Assembly (NCBI RefSeq): GCF_006345805.1
Contig: NC_043008.1
Span: 29,450,001 to 29,514,000 of the forward strand
Direction: 5' to 3'
Origin: Octopus sinensis
Lineage: Eukaryota
Length of the DNA stretch: 64,000 bases
Shown here: positions 14,861 to 27,302 of the stretch, piece after piece
How positions within the stretch are numbered: position 1 is the stretch's first letter
How the letters are laid out: every line of letters starts with the position of its first letter
Notes under the pieces: generated by a model
The model's input: only the letters and a program-made list of their open reading frames with translations
What the model was told of the DNA's origin: nothing
The model's database searches: none
Made by a program: the position numbers and the translations under genes

Positions 14861-15499
14861 ATATGTTTGTCTATGTATCGGTTCATATATGTGCATGTGC
14901 ATGTCTCAGTGTGCCTGTGTGCATGTTTGTGTATAGATACAAACCGCTGCAGATTCGTGCGTGCACACGTATAATCATGAGTGGATGTTTGCGTGTCTGA
15001 GGGAAACTCTTTGTATGTAGTATATAGATAGGATTATTGATTGGTAAACATGCTTAAAAATACATAGAGTAAGCATATGTCTGTATACAGGCGTATAAAT
15101 GTGATCATATTTACGATCTACACATATCTGTGTATTTCTGAACTGCATATTTCTGTATGTATACATATGCATGGAAATGTGTCTCTACTTTCTCGTGTTT
15201 ATAAAACCTAAGCATGAATCTTCCATGGTCTGTTTCAAATACTAATCAAGTTTTCTCCGCAGAACCGTTCATCTAATAATATAAAGTATATAGACAACTT
15301 TACGTTTCCATGAGATTTGCTGGAACATCCATTAGCTGATCAACTGTTTTAATGGTTATTGCTATTTCATTCCGAAATTGGTATTTTTGCGGGCGATATT
15401 ATGTTCTTGTAATTTTCTTACCAGTGTCTGCGTTCACGTTTATGTCTCCTAATATTGCTTGTTTTTATTTTGGTATTTGTACACAGACACATTCAATCG

Positions 15500-15536
<37 letters not shown>

Positions 15537-16382
15537 ATCTACATGTATAGATATACGTATATATATACGTATGCACATATATATTTATACATACACACAC
15601 ACACGCACATATATATATATATATATATATTGCGAAGGTACATCTGCATATGTGTATCTATAAGACTGCGCATGATTGTGTGCATATTAGGCTTATTCTG
15701 TATGTGTGCACGTGCTATAGGCCTTTACTTAGGGCCGGAGTCGAATAAATAAGCTGCAACTGTCAAAGAGTTGTGTTGTGCCTTACTCACGTGTAGATAA
15801 GGGGGCAGAATTTAGAGCAGAACTAAAAAATAGAAAGAAACAGGAAGCATCAGAAGTACAGAATGACTGACAGCGGGTGATAAGGGAAGCGTTCTAAAAT
15901 ATTTCCTTGCTGCAATCTCTTGGAATGGGGCGGTGTTTCAGCTAAAATGATGGCTTAGTATATCTCTGTTTTTGTATTAAAACACGCAAATCACTTTAGA
16001 TAATATACACATAGGAAGAATGCAACTAATATATTCATTCAGGCAATTCTACACACCTGTATTTGTGCATGTTTTGATAGCGTTATACACATAGATTAAG
16101 AATGATCCTCTTTTCTCTCATTTGAATATCAACCAAGGCTTATATTTTGTCGATGAATCATCAGTTGTCATTTATTTAGCGGAAGTTCTGTGTTATTATG
16201 AATTATAATTTAGTAACGTATATTCATTCCAACCTATTAGAACTTATTTTAGTGAGACAATTACACAAAAGTCAATTGATATTTTGCGACAAATTTTGTA
16301 TTGATGTAAATTTAGACTTAAATGTTGCAAAATAGATAAACCAGAAGAAAAATTAGAAACATTTCAAATATACTAGTGGTGG

Positions 16383-16856
16383 ATATAATGGGCACAGGTT
16401 CGTGTGTCACATAACTAGCTAGAAGATATGGCCTCTTGGAGCTAATCAACGGCAGCATACGTCCTATAATTCTTGACTGCCATATTAGATTGGCGATAAC
16501 TATCAATATCCATGACCGCTGCCGTAGTCTCCTCTACAGAACCTGAGAAAATTTAATATTTCTATTTTTGAAAGCCAGTGGATATATTACACCGAATTTT
16601 GGTAAATAAACATTCGGGCAGACAATTGGTAGCGACGCCTGCTGGATTCGGCTGCTCTGCATTGCAGTGGTGTAAATACACTGAAACTAATCTGCTGCAA
16701 GGGGAGGCGGCTGACCTCCCCTCTTCGAAGGTTATAATGGTACGTGGTCGTGTGTCACATAGCTACCTAGAGGCGATGGTCTCTTGGAGCTAATCAACGG
16801 CGGCATCTGTACTATATTTCTGGACTGCCATATTATCTTGGCGATAACTATTAATA
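16383..16856 (+). repeat. Diverged direct repeat of about 125 bp (16383-16508 and 16733-16856)
   Basis: Shared blocks CGTGTGTCACATA, CTCTTGGAGCTAATCAACGGC, GACTGCCATATTA and TTGGCGATAACTAT in the same order. Confidence 0.85.
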
Positions 16857-16883
16857 ATAATAATAATAATAATAACAATAATA

Positions 16884-16971
<88 letters not shown>

Positions 16972-17094
16972 AAGAAGAAGAAAAGGAAGAAGAAGAAGAA
17001 CAGCAACAGGGACAACAACAACATCAACAACAACAACAGCAACAACAACCACAACAGCAGCAGCAGCAACAACAACAACAACCACAACAAGAAC

Positions 17095-17124
<30 letters not shown>
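16853..17124. repeat. Compound microsatellite (AAT)n-(AAG)n-(AAC/AGC)n-(AAT)n
   Basis: Direct reading. Confidence 0.95.
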
Positions 17125-17125
<1 letters not shown>

Positions 17126-17136
17126 TTTTTTCCCCT

Positions 17137-17650
17137 GATGCAATACCAGACAGTGGCTCCCATGGCTTCTGATCTTAAATGATTGGAAGTGTTATCATGT
17201 ACATTGTTTTGTCTTGGTATAAAAGATGGGCTACAGCAAATATTCTGCTCAATACCACAGATTTGCTTGTCAGTTGCTTGACCTTAACCAGTTGAGCATG
17301 TCCTTTAGTGGCTGATGATATGTGCATCTCTGATCACAAGCAGAAGTAGTGGGGAGCATCACAGCCGTGTGTTGAAAGGAATTGTTAGAGGTTTGGATAA
17401 TTCACTTCTGGAAACATGTATTGTTCGTTCAACACCCTTAAACAAACCTTATTCAGAGACCTTTTGAGTGTGATCAGCTACTCGTCCAGAAGAAAAATCC
17501 CACAGGACCCCATCCCTGCAAGGTCATGTGCTGTTTATCTTGATATGAGATCACCATGTCGCACCATGTTTTGATGCATGTGCCTAGTGTACCCTTGTCA
17601 GACGGGTCGTCATGATGGGTATTCTGAGCTTCGTATATTTTACCCCAGTG
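17137..17650 (+). mobile_element. About 520-bp non-coding interspersed retro-repeat associated with (AAT)n; second copy inverted at 42113-42665
   Basis: Colinear homology with the reverse complement of 42150-42663 (e.g. GGCTTCTGATCTTAAATGATTGGAAGTGTTATCATGTACATTG). Confidence 0.85.
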
Positions 17651-17902
17651 CATATATGAAGGGTGTAGATTAATGATTTGACGACATTGACGACAGGAGT
17701 AAAGGAATAAGGAGATGACGAAAGACAGGAAAAATGAATCATAAAGTTCACAGTTCAACTTCCCGATCCTGTAGAAATAAGTCCATAAGTCCTTGGGTGG
17801 AATCCGTAAATATACGTAATTGTACACACACACACACACACAACCACATATGTATATATACGTATGTAATTATGTAATTATATATATATATATATATTTA
17901 CG

Positions 17903-17946
<44 letters not shown>

Positions 17947-19066
17947 GTGTGTGTGTGTGTGTGTGTGTTTGTGTGTGTGTATGAGTGTGTGTCTGGGTGT
18001 GTCAAGGTGCAGGAGTCTTACTCTGGAAAGAGGCACCTGTATGTCTGTGAATTTCGATTAGCTAAAATTACCAAAAATTTGCAAATTTTAAATGCTATTA
18101 ACTCTTTATTTTCTTGATATATGGCGAAAATTAATTTCAGTGTCAATAACTACTTAAGGAATCAAATATGAAATACATCAAATATGAAATCAGTTGGAAC
18201 AAATTGAAGAAACTGAAAAGTGGCAGGCAACACATAAAAGATCCAGAAGACCTATATACTTAGGTAATAATACTTCTATATCTCCCTAAACGAAACATAT
18301 TCAACAACGTTTTATTTCGCTAGCACGTAGATACGTTGATTTTAGGTAAATGAATAACTATGTTACTTTTGCATATACAATGTAACATGGTAAAACTGTA
18401 GACTTAGTCACTAATACACGAAAGATTTTGATTTACATAATACAAATACATTGGCCATCCGAAAAATCGAATATGGTGGCCATCCACATTTCAAGTGTCA
18501 GATACAATGCTTTACTATGATATTACACATGTTTTTCTATCATCTATTAAAGATACTCGATGAAACAACTACTACTATGGATCCGGTTTAATGCGGTTAA
18601 CCTTTATTAAACAGATATATGCATCTACTTTACATACACACCAAATGTACTCAGAAACTTTAACTCCCTTACAAACTAGTACATTATTCCTTGAATTATA
18701 GAGCCGGATTTATGAATGCCCTTCAGCCATTAATTTTGATGGCACGTTCACTTTAAACTTTGCTGTAAGCCTTTAGAAGTGACGTTCATACATCAATCGC
18801 ATGTGTACATCAACTGGTCTTCTGCTTAAAATATTATGATCATATAACTGTTTATAGTTGAAGTAGGTGCTTGTTTCTCCATAATTACAAAATCTTCTCT
18901 TTCGGTAATATGTCCGTGGATATACGTGTGATCGCGCTTGCGTGTGCGAAGATTAGACGTAAAGCTGCACCGCTATAACTCAAAGTAATCTCACTTCAGT
19001 ATAAATCTACAAACGCCGTTCCATATGCATGTATGCATATGTGTATATATGTATGTATGTATGTAT

Positions 19067-19165
19067 TTCATTGTAAAATTTTATTTCAAGATTCCTTGCC
19101 AATAGAGCAAGAGCCGGTTTCTAACTTAGACCTCAAACTTCTTCATTGGAATTTCAACATCAACA
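19067..19165 (-). mobile_element. 3'-terminal fragment of the RLE LINE family seen at 53255-54166
   Basis: Reverse complement matches 54084-54166 (TGTTGATG..GAAATT..AAT...AAGTTAGAAACCG.CTC...CTATTGGCAA...AATCTTG.AATAAAA) and ends in (CATA)n. Confidence 0.75.
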
Positions 19166-19252
19166 GGTTATTTATCTATGTATGTATACGAGTAGCTTTG
19201 TATGTTTAGTTTTATGCATGTATGTTGTAAGTATGTGTGCTTGTATATATGT

Positions 19253-19336
<84 letters not shown>

Positions 19337-19797
19337 CATTAATATTAATAATATGACAACAAAAGATTGAATGAGACCTTCATATTATGTAAAATAGAGT
19401 AATTAGTCTAGATATATAATATGTGACAATTAGTTGGTTGTCATAATAAAACACAGAGTTTCAGATACCGGGACTGAAATCTGATCCGGTATCTTATCCG
19501 ATATTAAGACAAATGCTATAAAAGGAAATTTCTCCGATAGGCCTGAGGAAAGTGATACATCATTCATAGAATCCGCATATGCACAAATATACAAACACAC
19601 ATACACGTACGCACGCATCATTACGTTATATACACATATCTATACGCACTTACACATACATACGCGTATATACAAAACGTAGTCTACAGGCACATGCACA
19701 TACATATGCAGATAGAGGTATATACAAATAAAAACACATACGCTAAAAGCATAAACTGCAAAACATTCATATTCGCCGCAAAACTTATACAAATGTG

Positions 19798-19835
<38 letters not shown>

Positions 19836-19900
19836 TCACACACAATTACACCCTCCTGTCTGTCAAACACATCTACACCTGCCACTAAACCACGTACATT

Positions 19901-19955
<55 letters not shown>

Positions 19956-20004
19956 TATATATATATATATGTGTGTGTGTGTGTATGTGTGTGTGTGTGT
20001 GGTG

Positions 20005-20212
20005 TGGGATCGCGTTTGTATCGTTGGCGATGTTTTTTTCCTCCGTCTTATCTTCCTTGGAATTTTCCTTTTCGTAAGATTCTGACGAAGAGCTCTGCTC
20101 GAAACTTTAAATCATTCTTCTTTCTTTCCTTTCCTGGGCGTCCAATAACACTATACTTGTTTTACGTCCTCAGGTTGTTGTGTTTACTCTTTGTGTTTTC
20201 ATGGTTGGATTA
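20005..20212 (+). mobile_element. Probable PLE terminal fragment with degenerate minimal hammerhead motif
   Basis: CTGACGA-A-GAGC-TCT-GCTC-GAAAC at 20082-20105; segment lies between (TG)n and (TA)n. PLE assignment is by analogy to the other hammerhead-bearing termini. Confidence 0.55.
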
Positions 20213-23200
20213 ACTATATATATATATATATATATATATCATACACCTACGCAGCGTATTAGAATCCTGTGAGTGAGGAAGATATCTGCGGAATTTTTGA
20301 AGTTGCTCTTTAAAATACTTCTGACAATTTAGAATGTCTATATTGACCACTAAAAACAAAGACATTTTGCTCTTAGGTGTTACTCCGCTGAGTATCTCGA
20401 ACATAATTCCGATATCTTTACAAGAGTGGGCACTGTCTACGTTTTGCATATCAGATATAGAGTTTAAAATACATCAAATTCATGTGACGTACCACTCATT
20501 TTTTTTCTTTTGTCATGTAGTTTAGTAGGTTGTTGCTTCTAGCAAATCTACAACACATATTGTATCCCTGAGCTGCTTTTCCTTTAGGGCATATAATTGA
20601 TGGATTGATTCTTCTATAAAGACTCATGGTACATTTATCGCTGCATTGTAAGTTGATTATATTTGCTTTATATGTTATTACTGTAACTTTTGTGAAAATT
20701 ATCCGTCATAAAGAAGATTGGTCATAATTTCTTTAATTTTCTAGAGAGCACACACCAAATTTATTCTTCAAAATTTTCAGCATTTTATTTTCTATTTCCG
20801 AATTTGTAACTAGTGGAATCTATTGCAGTCATCATAGTTTTAGAGAAATCTAACATTGTGGATTTATGCCGTTTCTAAGAGCATTGTATTGAAATATATG
20901 ACGAAAATTAGTGGTACCAGAATATAAATTTTTCCAAGTAGCTGTTTCTGGGTGAAGTATATATTTCTCAAGATTACATTATCTCTCCTTCTATACGCTA
21001 ACTGATTATATCATTCCACCTGAAGTTTGCCTCGCTTTTATGGACCTAACCAATCATTGTATTCTCATTGAAATATATGAAAGACACTTATATGATAGAC
21101 GTAACCAATATATTTATGCATATGTGAGAGTCTACAATTTAATCATCCATTATGTTGGCACCCTATCTACCGGCTAGAAAATTGAACTTATACTTCAGTT
21201 TTGGAGTTTCCATTGATATAATGTATTATTTATATTTTTCTTAAGTTTAGAATTTAATCTAAATTTTGATTAAATACGTTTATAACTAGTTCAAATTGTC
21301 TGTAAGAAAATATCTTATGTATCTTTATTATATCGATACATCGTAGTGAGTCATAATTATTCACAATTAATATCCCAAATTTTGATAATTTGCCTCTGTA
21401 TGTTGCCGGCAAGTTTCCAGATATCATCAGTTAGATTCTGTTAAGCACCAATAACACCAAGCCTAGTGTTTTAATCCTGTGCCAAATATATAAGTCTACC
21501 TGCTGGTTCTTTAACGAAGAGAACTTTGTGTTTGTCAATGATAGTATCGTCACTATTATTTTCATAATATTCAAAATTATAATCATTGTGTTCAACATCA
21601 TTAACATCAGCATCGTCCTCCTCCAGCCCTTCATCGTCGTCATTATAATCATCATTGTAATCGTTATCGTTGTCAATATCGCAGGCATTACCACGCTGTT
21701 AACATCAGTCACACTATTTTCCGTGTCCCCAATACTTTTACCTAACTCTTCTTGCATCTTCTTGCATTGGGATTATGAAAGATATGCAGTCCTCGTTGTG
21801 TTCTTTGAAAGTCAGTCTCTTGTACGCACGTAATTACTAGCAATGCCATCACCAGTCTTAAAATTCCATCACTAATGTAACATCCTTCATAAATACAGTT
21901 TCCTTACGCGCTTTTCTGAATCTATTTGTCAAGACATTGGACCCCGCCATTAACTTCATACTTCCGTCAATGTCACATCTACATAAGAATAACAATAAAT
22001 ATTAAAAAATATATGAGATAAATTTTCGTCCTCATTTGAAAATAAATCAAATATGGTGACAGTAATTTGATTAATTAGTAAAATAGATATTGAACGCAGA
22101 ACGAAAATCAATTTGTATTGATTAATAGGAAAAACAGGACTTTCATATTCTACGCCGTGTTTGTATATATAATAATGTCTGCAATTCTCTTATCTGAATG
22201 TCTGGTAATGATGTTACAATTCCCAATATTAGCTAAATGTCTTCAATATTCAACCGATGAAATTCAAGCATACTGTCCGAGGTTACATCTAAATATCCCC
22301 GCAAGCTGCCAGACACGGTGACACCTGCCTAGAAAGTAAGGCTGCAATGTCTTGAAAATAGGACACATTAGATCTTACATTCGTAGTTATCCGTGTTTGA
22401 GATGGAATACTTTTCAAGTAGAAGTTTCATGTGTACTTAATGAAATATAATATTCGCAAACAACACGTGTTTAGTGCTCTATGAGAGTGCACGCATTTTC
22501 TAAAAATATTTCATTTATTTTCTTTCTGTGAGAGAGGAATACAAAACAAATTGGAATTCGACGGGCTTTTACTTATAAAAATAGATTTATCTCACTAAAT
22601 GCTCCAGTGGCTTTTACTGTGATCTACCAACCGCTATGCTCTTTGAATTTTAATTTACAAAAAAATGTTTACAAGATATTTTCCTGAAAACCGTTACATT
22701 GTGCTAGCATATATGTCGTGACACCATATTCAATAGATTGCTGAAAATAGCGGAAGAATATTGAGTATATGATTTTACGATTCAATTTTTAGATTCAGGA
22801 AGAAAAAATGAAATATACTTTTTACCAATAACTTCTCAGTTTCATATATAACTCAAGATTTATGAAATTGTTTTCCATCATCAAGACAGCATTCAATTTT
22901 TAGCTATACCTATACAAAAGAAATATATTTGTTTCTGAAATAGAGAGATAGAACTTACTTCCTGAAATAATTCCTCCTATTTCTAATAAACATCCATTGA
23001 ATTAGTTTTGTACGTTATTGACTGAATTTCTTTAAAGCTTTATATCAGTGCACCATCTTATAGAATTGAACAATATTGGGATAATGTAAGTTCTGTATGA
23101 TATCAATCTAAAGGCGAACCTTTGTACTTCAGTTCTACCGCGCATAATACAATGTTACGTACTGATGATAACAAGTCATATATGTATTAAGCAATATTTT

Positions 23201-23338
23201 ATTACAACGGTTTGTAGGAAGTACAATTTTGAAGACAACGTGAAACTTGTAACAGAAGATATTTACTAAAACATTGTCAAATACATTGTCTTATAATAAG
23301 CTTAGTACATTTTGCTAAAATACTAATAGTAACAGTTA

Positions 23339-24677
23339 TTATGTCATCTCATAAGTTCTGTCCAAATTTTGAATAAAGAAAACAAGTGATCAAATGTTAT
23401 ATTTAATTGAAATTTAATCATCAGTGTACTTTCTCGGATTATCTATGACTTCCTTCCATCTGTTACACGCTTGTTAATCTCATCAATGTAAAACTTTTGA
23501 TTTCAAAGCGAAGAACTCTGAAATGTCAGTTTCGACCTCCTCCTGCCTCAAGGAGCTTATCATCAAACTCGACCGGACGTCCTGTTCGATCTTCACCTTC
23601 AAGACTGAAATCTCCACTTCTGAATTTTGCAAACCATCTCCTGCAAGTTCTCTCATTCAAGTATTCTGTCCCACAAATGATTCTGTAAACTACGAAACAA
23701 ATGGTAGTCTGAAGGTGCAAGGTCTGGAGAATAAGGAGGATGAGGAATATTCCGCAACCAAGGTTATCGATCTTCTGTGATGGGATTTTTGCAGTGTGGG
23801 GTTGCGCATTGTCCTGATGAAACATCACATATTTTCGATTCACTAAAGCGGGTCTTTTTTTCCTCAACGCTTGGTTCAAACGCTCTAATTGCTGACACCA
23901 GACTTGAGCATTGATTGTTGCATTAGGCGGTAACAATTCAAAGTGAATTGCTTCTTTGCAATCCCACCAGATAGGGAGAATAAACTTTTTTCCCATTAAG
24001 TTCCCTACTCAGTTATGGTTGAGATTTTTCCCTTTTACCAAGCCACTACTTATGACATTTAGCATTTCAATAGAAGATCCATTTCTCGTCACCAGCCACA
24101 AGTATATCCAAAAAGGGTGAAATGAGAATGGGGAGAAGAGCAGATGTCAAAACGGGGTTTACAGTTGCTTTCGGACAATTCATGAGGCACCCATTTTCCA
24201 AGTTGAGAAACCTTTCCAAGTTGTTGAAGATGACGATGTAGAGTTGTATGGTTTAAACTAAGCTTTATTGCCAATTCTTCAATTGATAATACAGTATTTT
24301 CTTCATGTAATGCCTCAAGGAGCTTATCATTAAACTCGACCGGACGTCCTGTTCGATCTTCACTTTCAAGGCTGAAATCTCCACTTCTGAATTTTGCAAA
24401 CCATCTCCTGCAAGTTCTCTCATTCAAGCATTCTTTCCCATAAACTGACTGTATTTTTCGGGTCGCTTCGGCTGTAGAGTTTCCTTTTTTTGTACTCATA
24501 AAGCATTATGTGCCTTAAATGCTCTTTGGATACTTCCATGTTAGAAACAGTTTCAATCAGAGAAAATTTAATTTTATTATTCTGTAAAACAAGATTTTGC
24601 TAGTTTAAATGTACATAAATGCATAAAAATAATGTTTAATTCCATTAGACATTCTATTAACTTATGGCATGACCTGA
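23339..24677 (-). mobile_element. Near full-length mariner (DD34D-type) transposon relic with TIRs and TA TSD
   Basis: Transposase remnant 24539 to 23414 with WVPHEL, GDEKW, HQDNA and YSPDLAPSDY motifs plus stops and frameshifts; TIRs TTATGTCATCTCATAAGTT (23339) and rc TCAGGTCATGCCATAAGTT (24677), each flanked by TA. Confidence 0.92.
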
Positions 24678-25200
24678 TATATTGCCTTCATGACATATAG
24701 CTGACCATAACAATGCGAAAAATATGCTAACCTTAATTGGTTAAATTGGCACTATGGGCACTGTTTGCTCGGCTGTGACAAAGCGTAGTATTCTTGTTAG
24801 TTGATTTGTGTAACCCATATCTGACCTTGACATAACTAGTCATGACCACATTGCTTATGATCCAGTGTAGCAGCGAAATTAGAAACTGAATACTCAAAGC
24901 GATTATATAACAGTTATCTCTTTGACATGAGTTTATATATTGTACTGATATCATGTAATCGATGTTGTTATAACATTTTATGCTTTTAATTTGTTTGATG
25001 TAGAAATAATAGTATTTTGGTTAACAAATAAATGATTTTATAACAGAATTCAGAATAGGATACCTTGTTAGAGTTTAGACGAAAGCCCATAATATGCGTG
25101 TGATTGTGTATATATATATATCTATATTTCTTTCTTTATTTATATATAAATTGTATGTGCGTGCACATGCGTTTGTATGTGTGTGTCTATGTTTAATATG

Positions 25201-25278
<78 letters not shown>

Positions 25279-25352
25279 ATATATATACATGTGTGCGTAT
25301 ATGTGGATAGTTATGCTGTATATATACGCATGCATATATGTGTAGATATATA

Positions 25353-25694
25353 CAGTGTGATTCAAATGTCATACATAGGAAAAATTTATCTTTTTTATAA
25401 GAAACAGTTTATAAGAACAGTTTTTTTTAAGGGCACTATATGTTTACCATTGTTTTGAATACACATTACAATACGTTTATCCCACTCATTCTGAACTCGT
25501 AATATCACATCTGGGGATAAGTTGGTGATTCGTTCCTTCAAATGATTTATGTCATATATCTTTCTACGATACATCATGCCTTTCAAATGCCCCCAAATAT
25601 AGATATCAAGAGGGGTTAGATCAGAGGATCAAGGGCATCTTATAAACTGTTTCATATAAAATAAAACATTTTTCCTATGTTTTGAATTTCCCTG
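25353..25694 (-). mobile_element. 342-bp internally deleted Tc1/mariner-superfamily element (MITE-like) retaining the transposase C-terminus
   Basis: Imperfect TIRs of about 55-60 bp (CAGTGTGATTCAAA...AAACAGTTTATAA / TTATAAACTGTTT...TTTGAATTTCCCTG), TA on both sides; minus strand SDLTPLDIYIWGHLKGMMYRRKI...KRIVMCIQNNGKH. Confidence 0.85.
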
Positions 25695-25699
25695 TATAT

Positions 25700-26520
25700 A
25701 TATGGTGATTGTCTGACCACCTCCTGTACCTAGACCTTAGCACCATCATGGTGTCTGAGATTGATTTTTAATCCAGACAATTTTCTGAAAAGTAACCAAC
25801 ATAGATTGCGCCTCTAATTTGGACCACAAAAACCTGCAGTTAAGTTCTGCTCTTTGTGGATCTTAAAATGTCTTGTGAGGCCTCCGTTTGATTTACAAAC
25901 CTTCTGGCATGCACTGCATTCAAAGGTGTGCACAAACATAAAGGCAAGATAGTTGGTGGAGGTTCGTTTACCATGTGTTCACTGCAAAGACAGGCATGTC
26001 ACCTTCTCGGTTGTTACATTCTTCCTTAGATCTATTTTGAGTCTTACTTGCGTTATTCTGTCTTCTTTTAATGCTTTCACCCAACTCCGTTCTTTTGTTC
26101 GCCATCCAACTCGAACCGAAGCAAAGGTTTCTATATCTTCTGGAACCATACTAAGTGACTTCATAGTAGTCCTTATACCGTCATTAAGGCTTTTTCAGGT
26201 TTACATCGATAGTGTTTCCCCTCTGCAATCTCACCTTAAAACAGTTTTTTCGGCATGTGTTCATCTGCTATTCGAACAATATGGCCACACCATCTCAATT
26301 GGTTCTTCAAAATCATAGCTTTAATTGAGGTGGTGCCTGCAAATGCAAGGACATCTGTGCTTAAAATACGATGAAGGCGTTTTAGTGGAATTGTTCTAAT
26401 AGTTTAAAATGCCTTTTATAACAAGTCCAAGTTTAATAGGAATACAACAGAGATGGTACAACAGGTCATCAGCATCACTCGGGCTCATCACAGATTTTGC
26501 ATAAGACACATGCTTGCTCG
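25700..26520 (-). mobile_element. 3' portion of an RTE-clade LINE, degenerate
   Basis: Minus strand TDVLAFAGTTSIKAMILKNQLRWCGHIVR, ETFASVRVGWRTK and a terminal C2H2-type finger CSACQKVCKSNGGLTRHFKIH. Confidence 0.82.
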
Positions 26521-27240
26521 AAAAATTTCACGTTTTCCCGCTTAATTTCTAGCCGCAAATGGCTTTTTCTTTTATCTAGTACTAAGTCTCTCTCTCTATT
26601 TCTAATTTAAGGGTTAATATAAAGCAACCCTTCAAACTACAACTGATCTTTACACACATACGCACAGATTAACAGCTATCACATTACGACAGCGGAGTGC
26701 CCCAAAACCATCAGCAATCTGATTGTCACCTATACTCTTGAGAAGAGATGCCAGTTGGTCTTTTGTACCTCCCAGTTTCGTTCGTATTAGCCAAAGTCTT
26801 TGGATATTTTTCGTTCTTTTAAAAGTAATGTAGAATGGAAAATTTTTATGAATTGAAATTTAAATCCTAATCTCTATAGAAATTTATTGTTTGAAACATT
26901 GAATTTGAATTATTTACAATTTTTACGATTATAGATAACAACTCGTGCTGTAACTTCTGAGCCCGAGACAGGCGCGTGTGAGCGATGTCGCGAGAACTTG
27001 TGCTACGAATAATATTTTTTGATACAGGACACCTGTACGACGACCGCCAAACGCTGAACGAAAATAAATGAACTGCGACAAGGCTGAATAAAAGAAGCCC
27101 GAGTTTTTGGTTGCAATTACATACTTAAAGTCAGTGCCTGCATATACAGATTCACTTTACTAAATTTATATTCGAGTTAGGCCCGAACTGCTCGAGTGAC
27201 GGAGTCGCTACCAATATATATATATATACATATATATATA

Positions 27241-27302
<62 letters not shown>

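Noticed and set aside
19463-19494. 9-bp hairpin AGATACCGG/CCGGTATCT
   Set aside because: Short enough to occur by chance; no context.
21850-21975. Minus-strand candidate terminal exon CDIDGSMKLMAGSNVLTNRFRKARKETVFMKDVTLVMEF*
   Set aside because: Weak acceptor and no recognisable homology.
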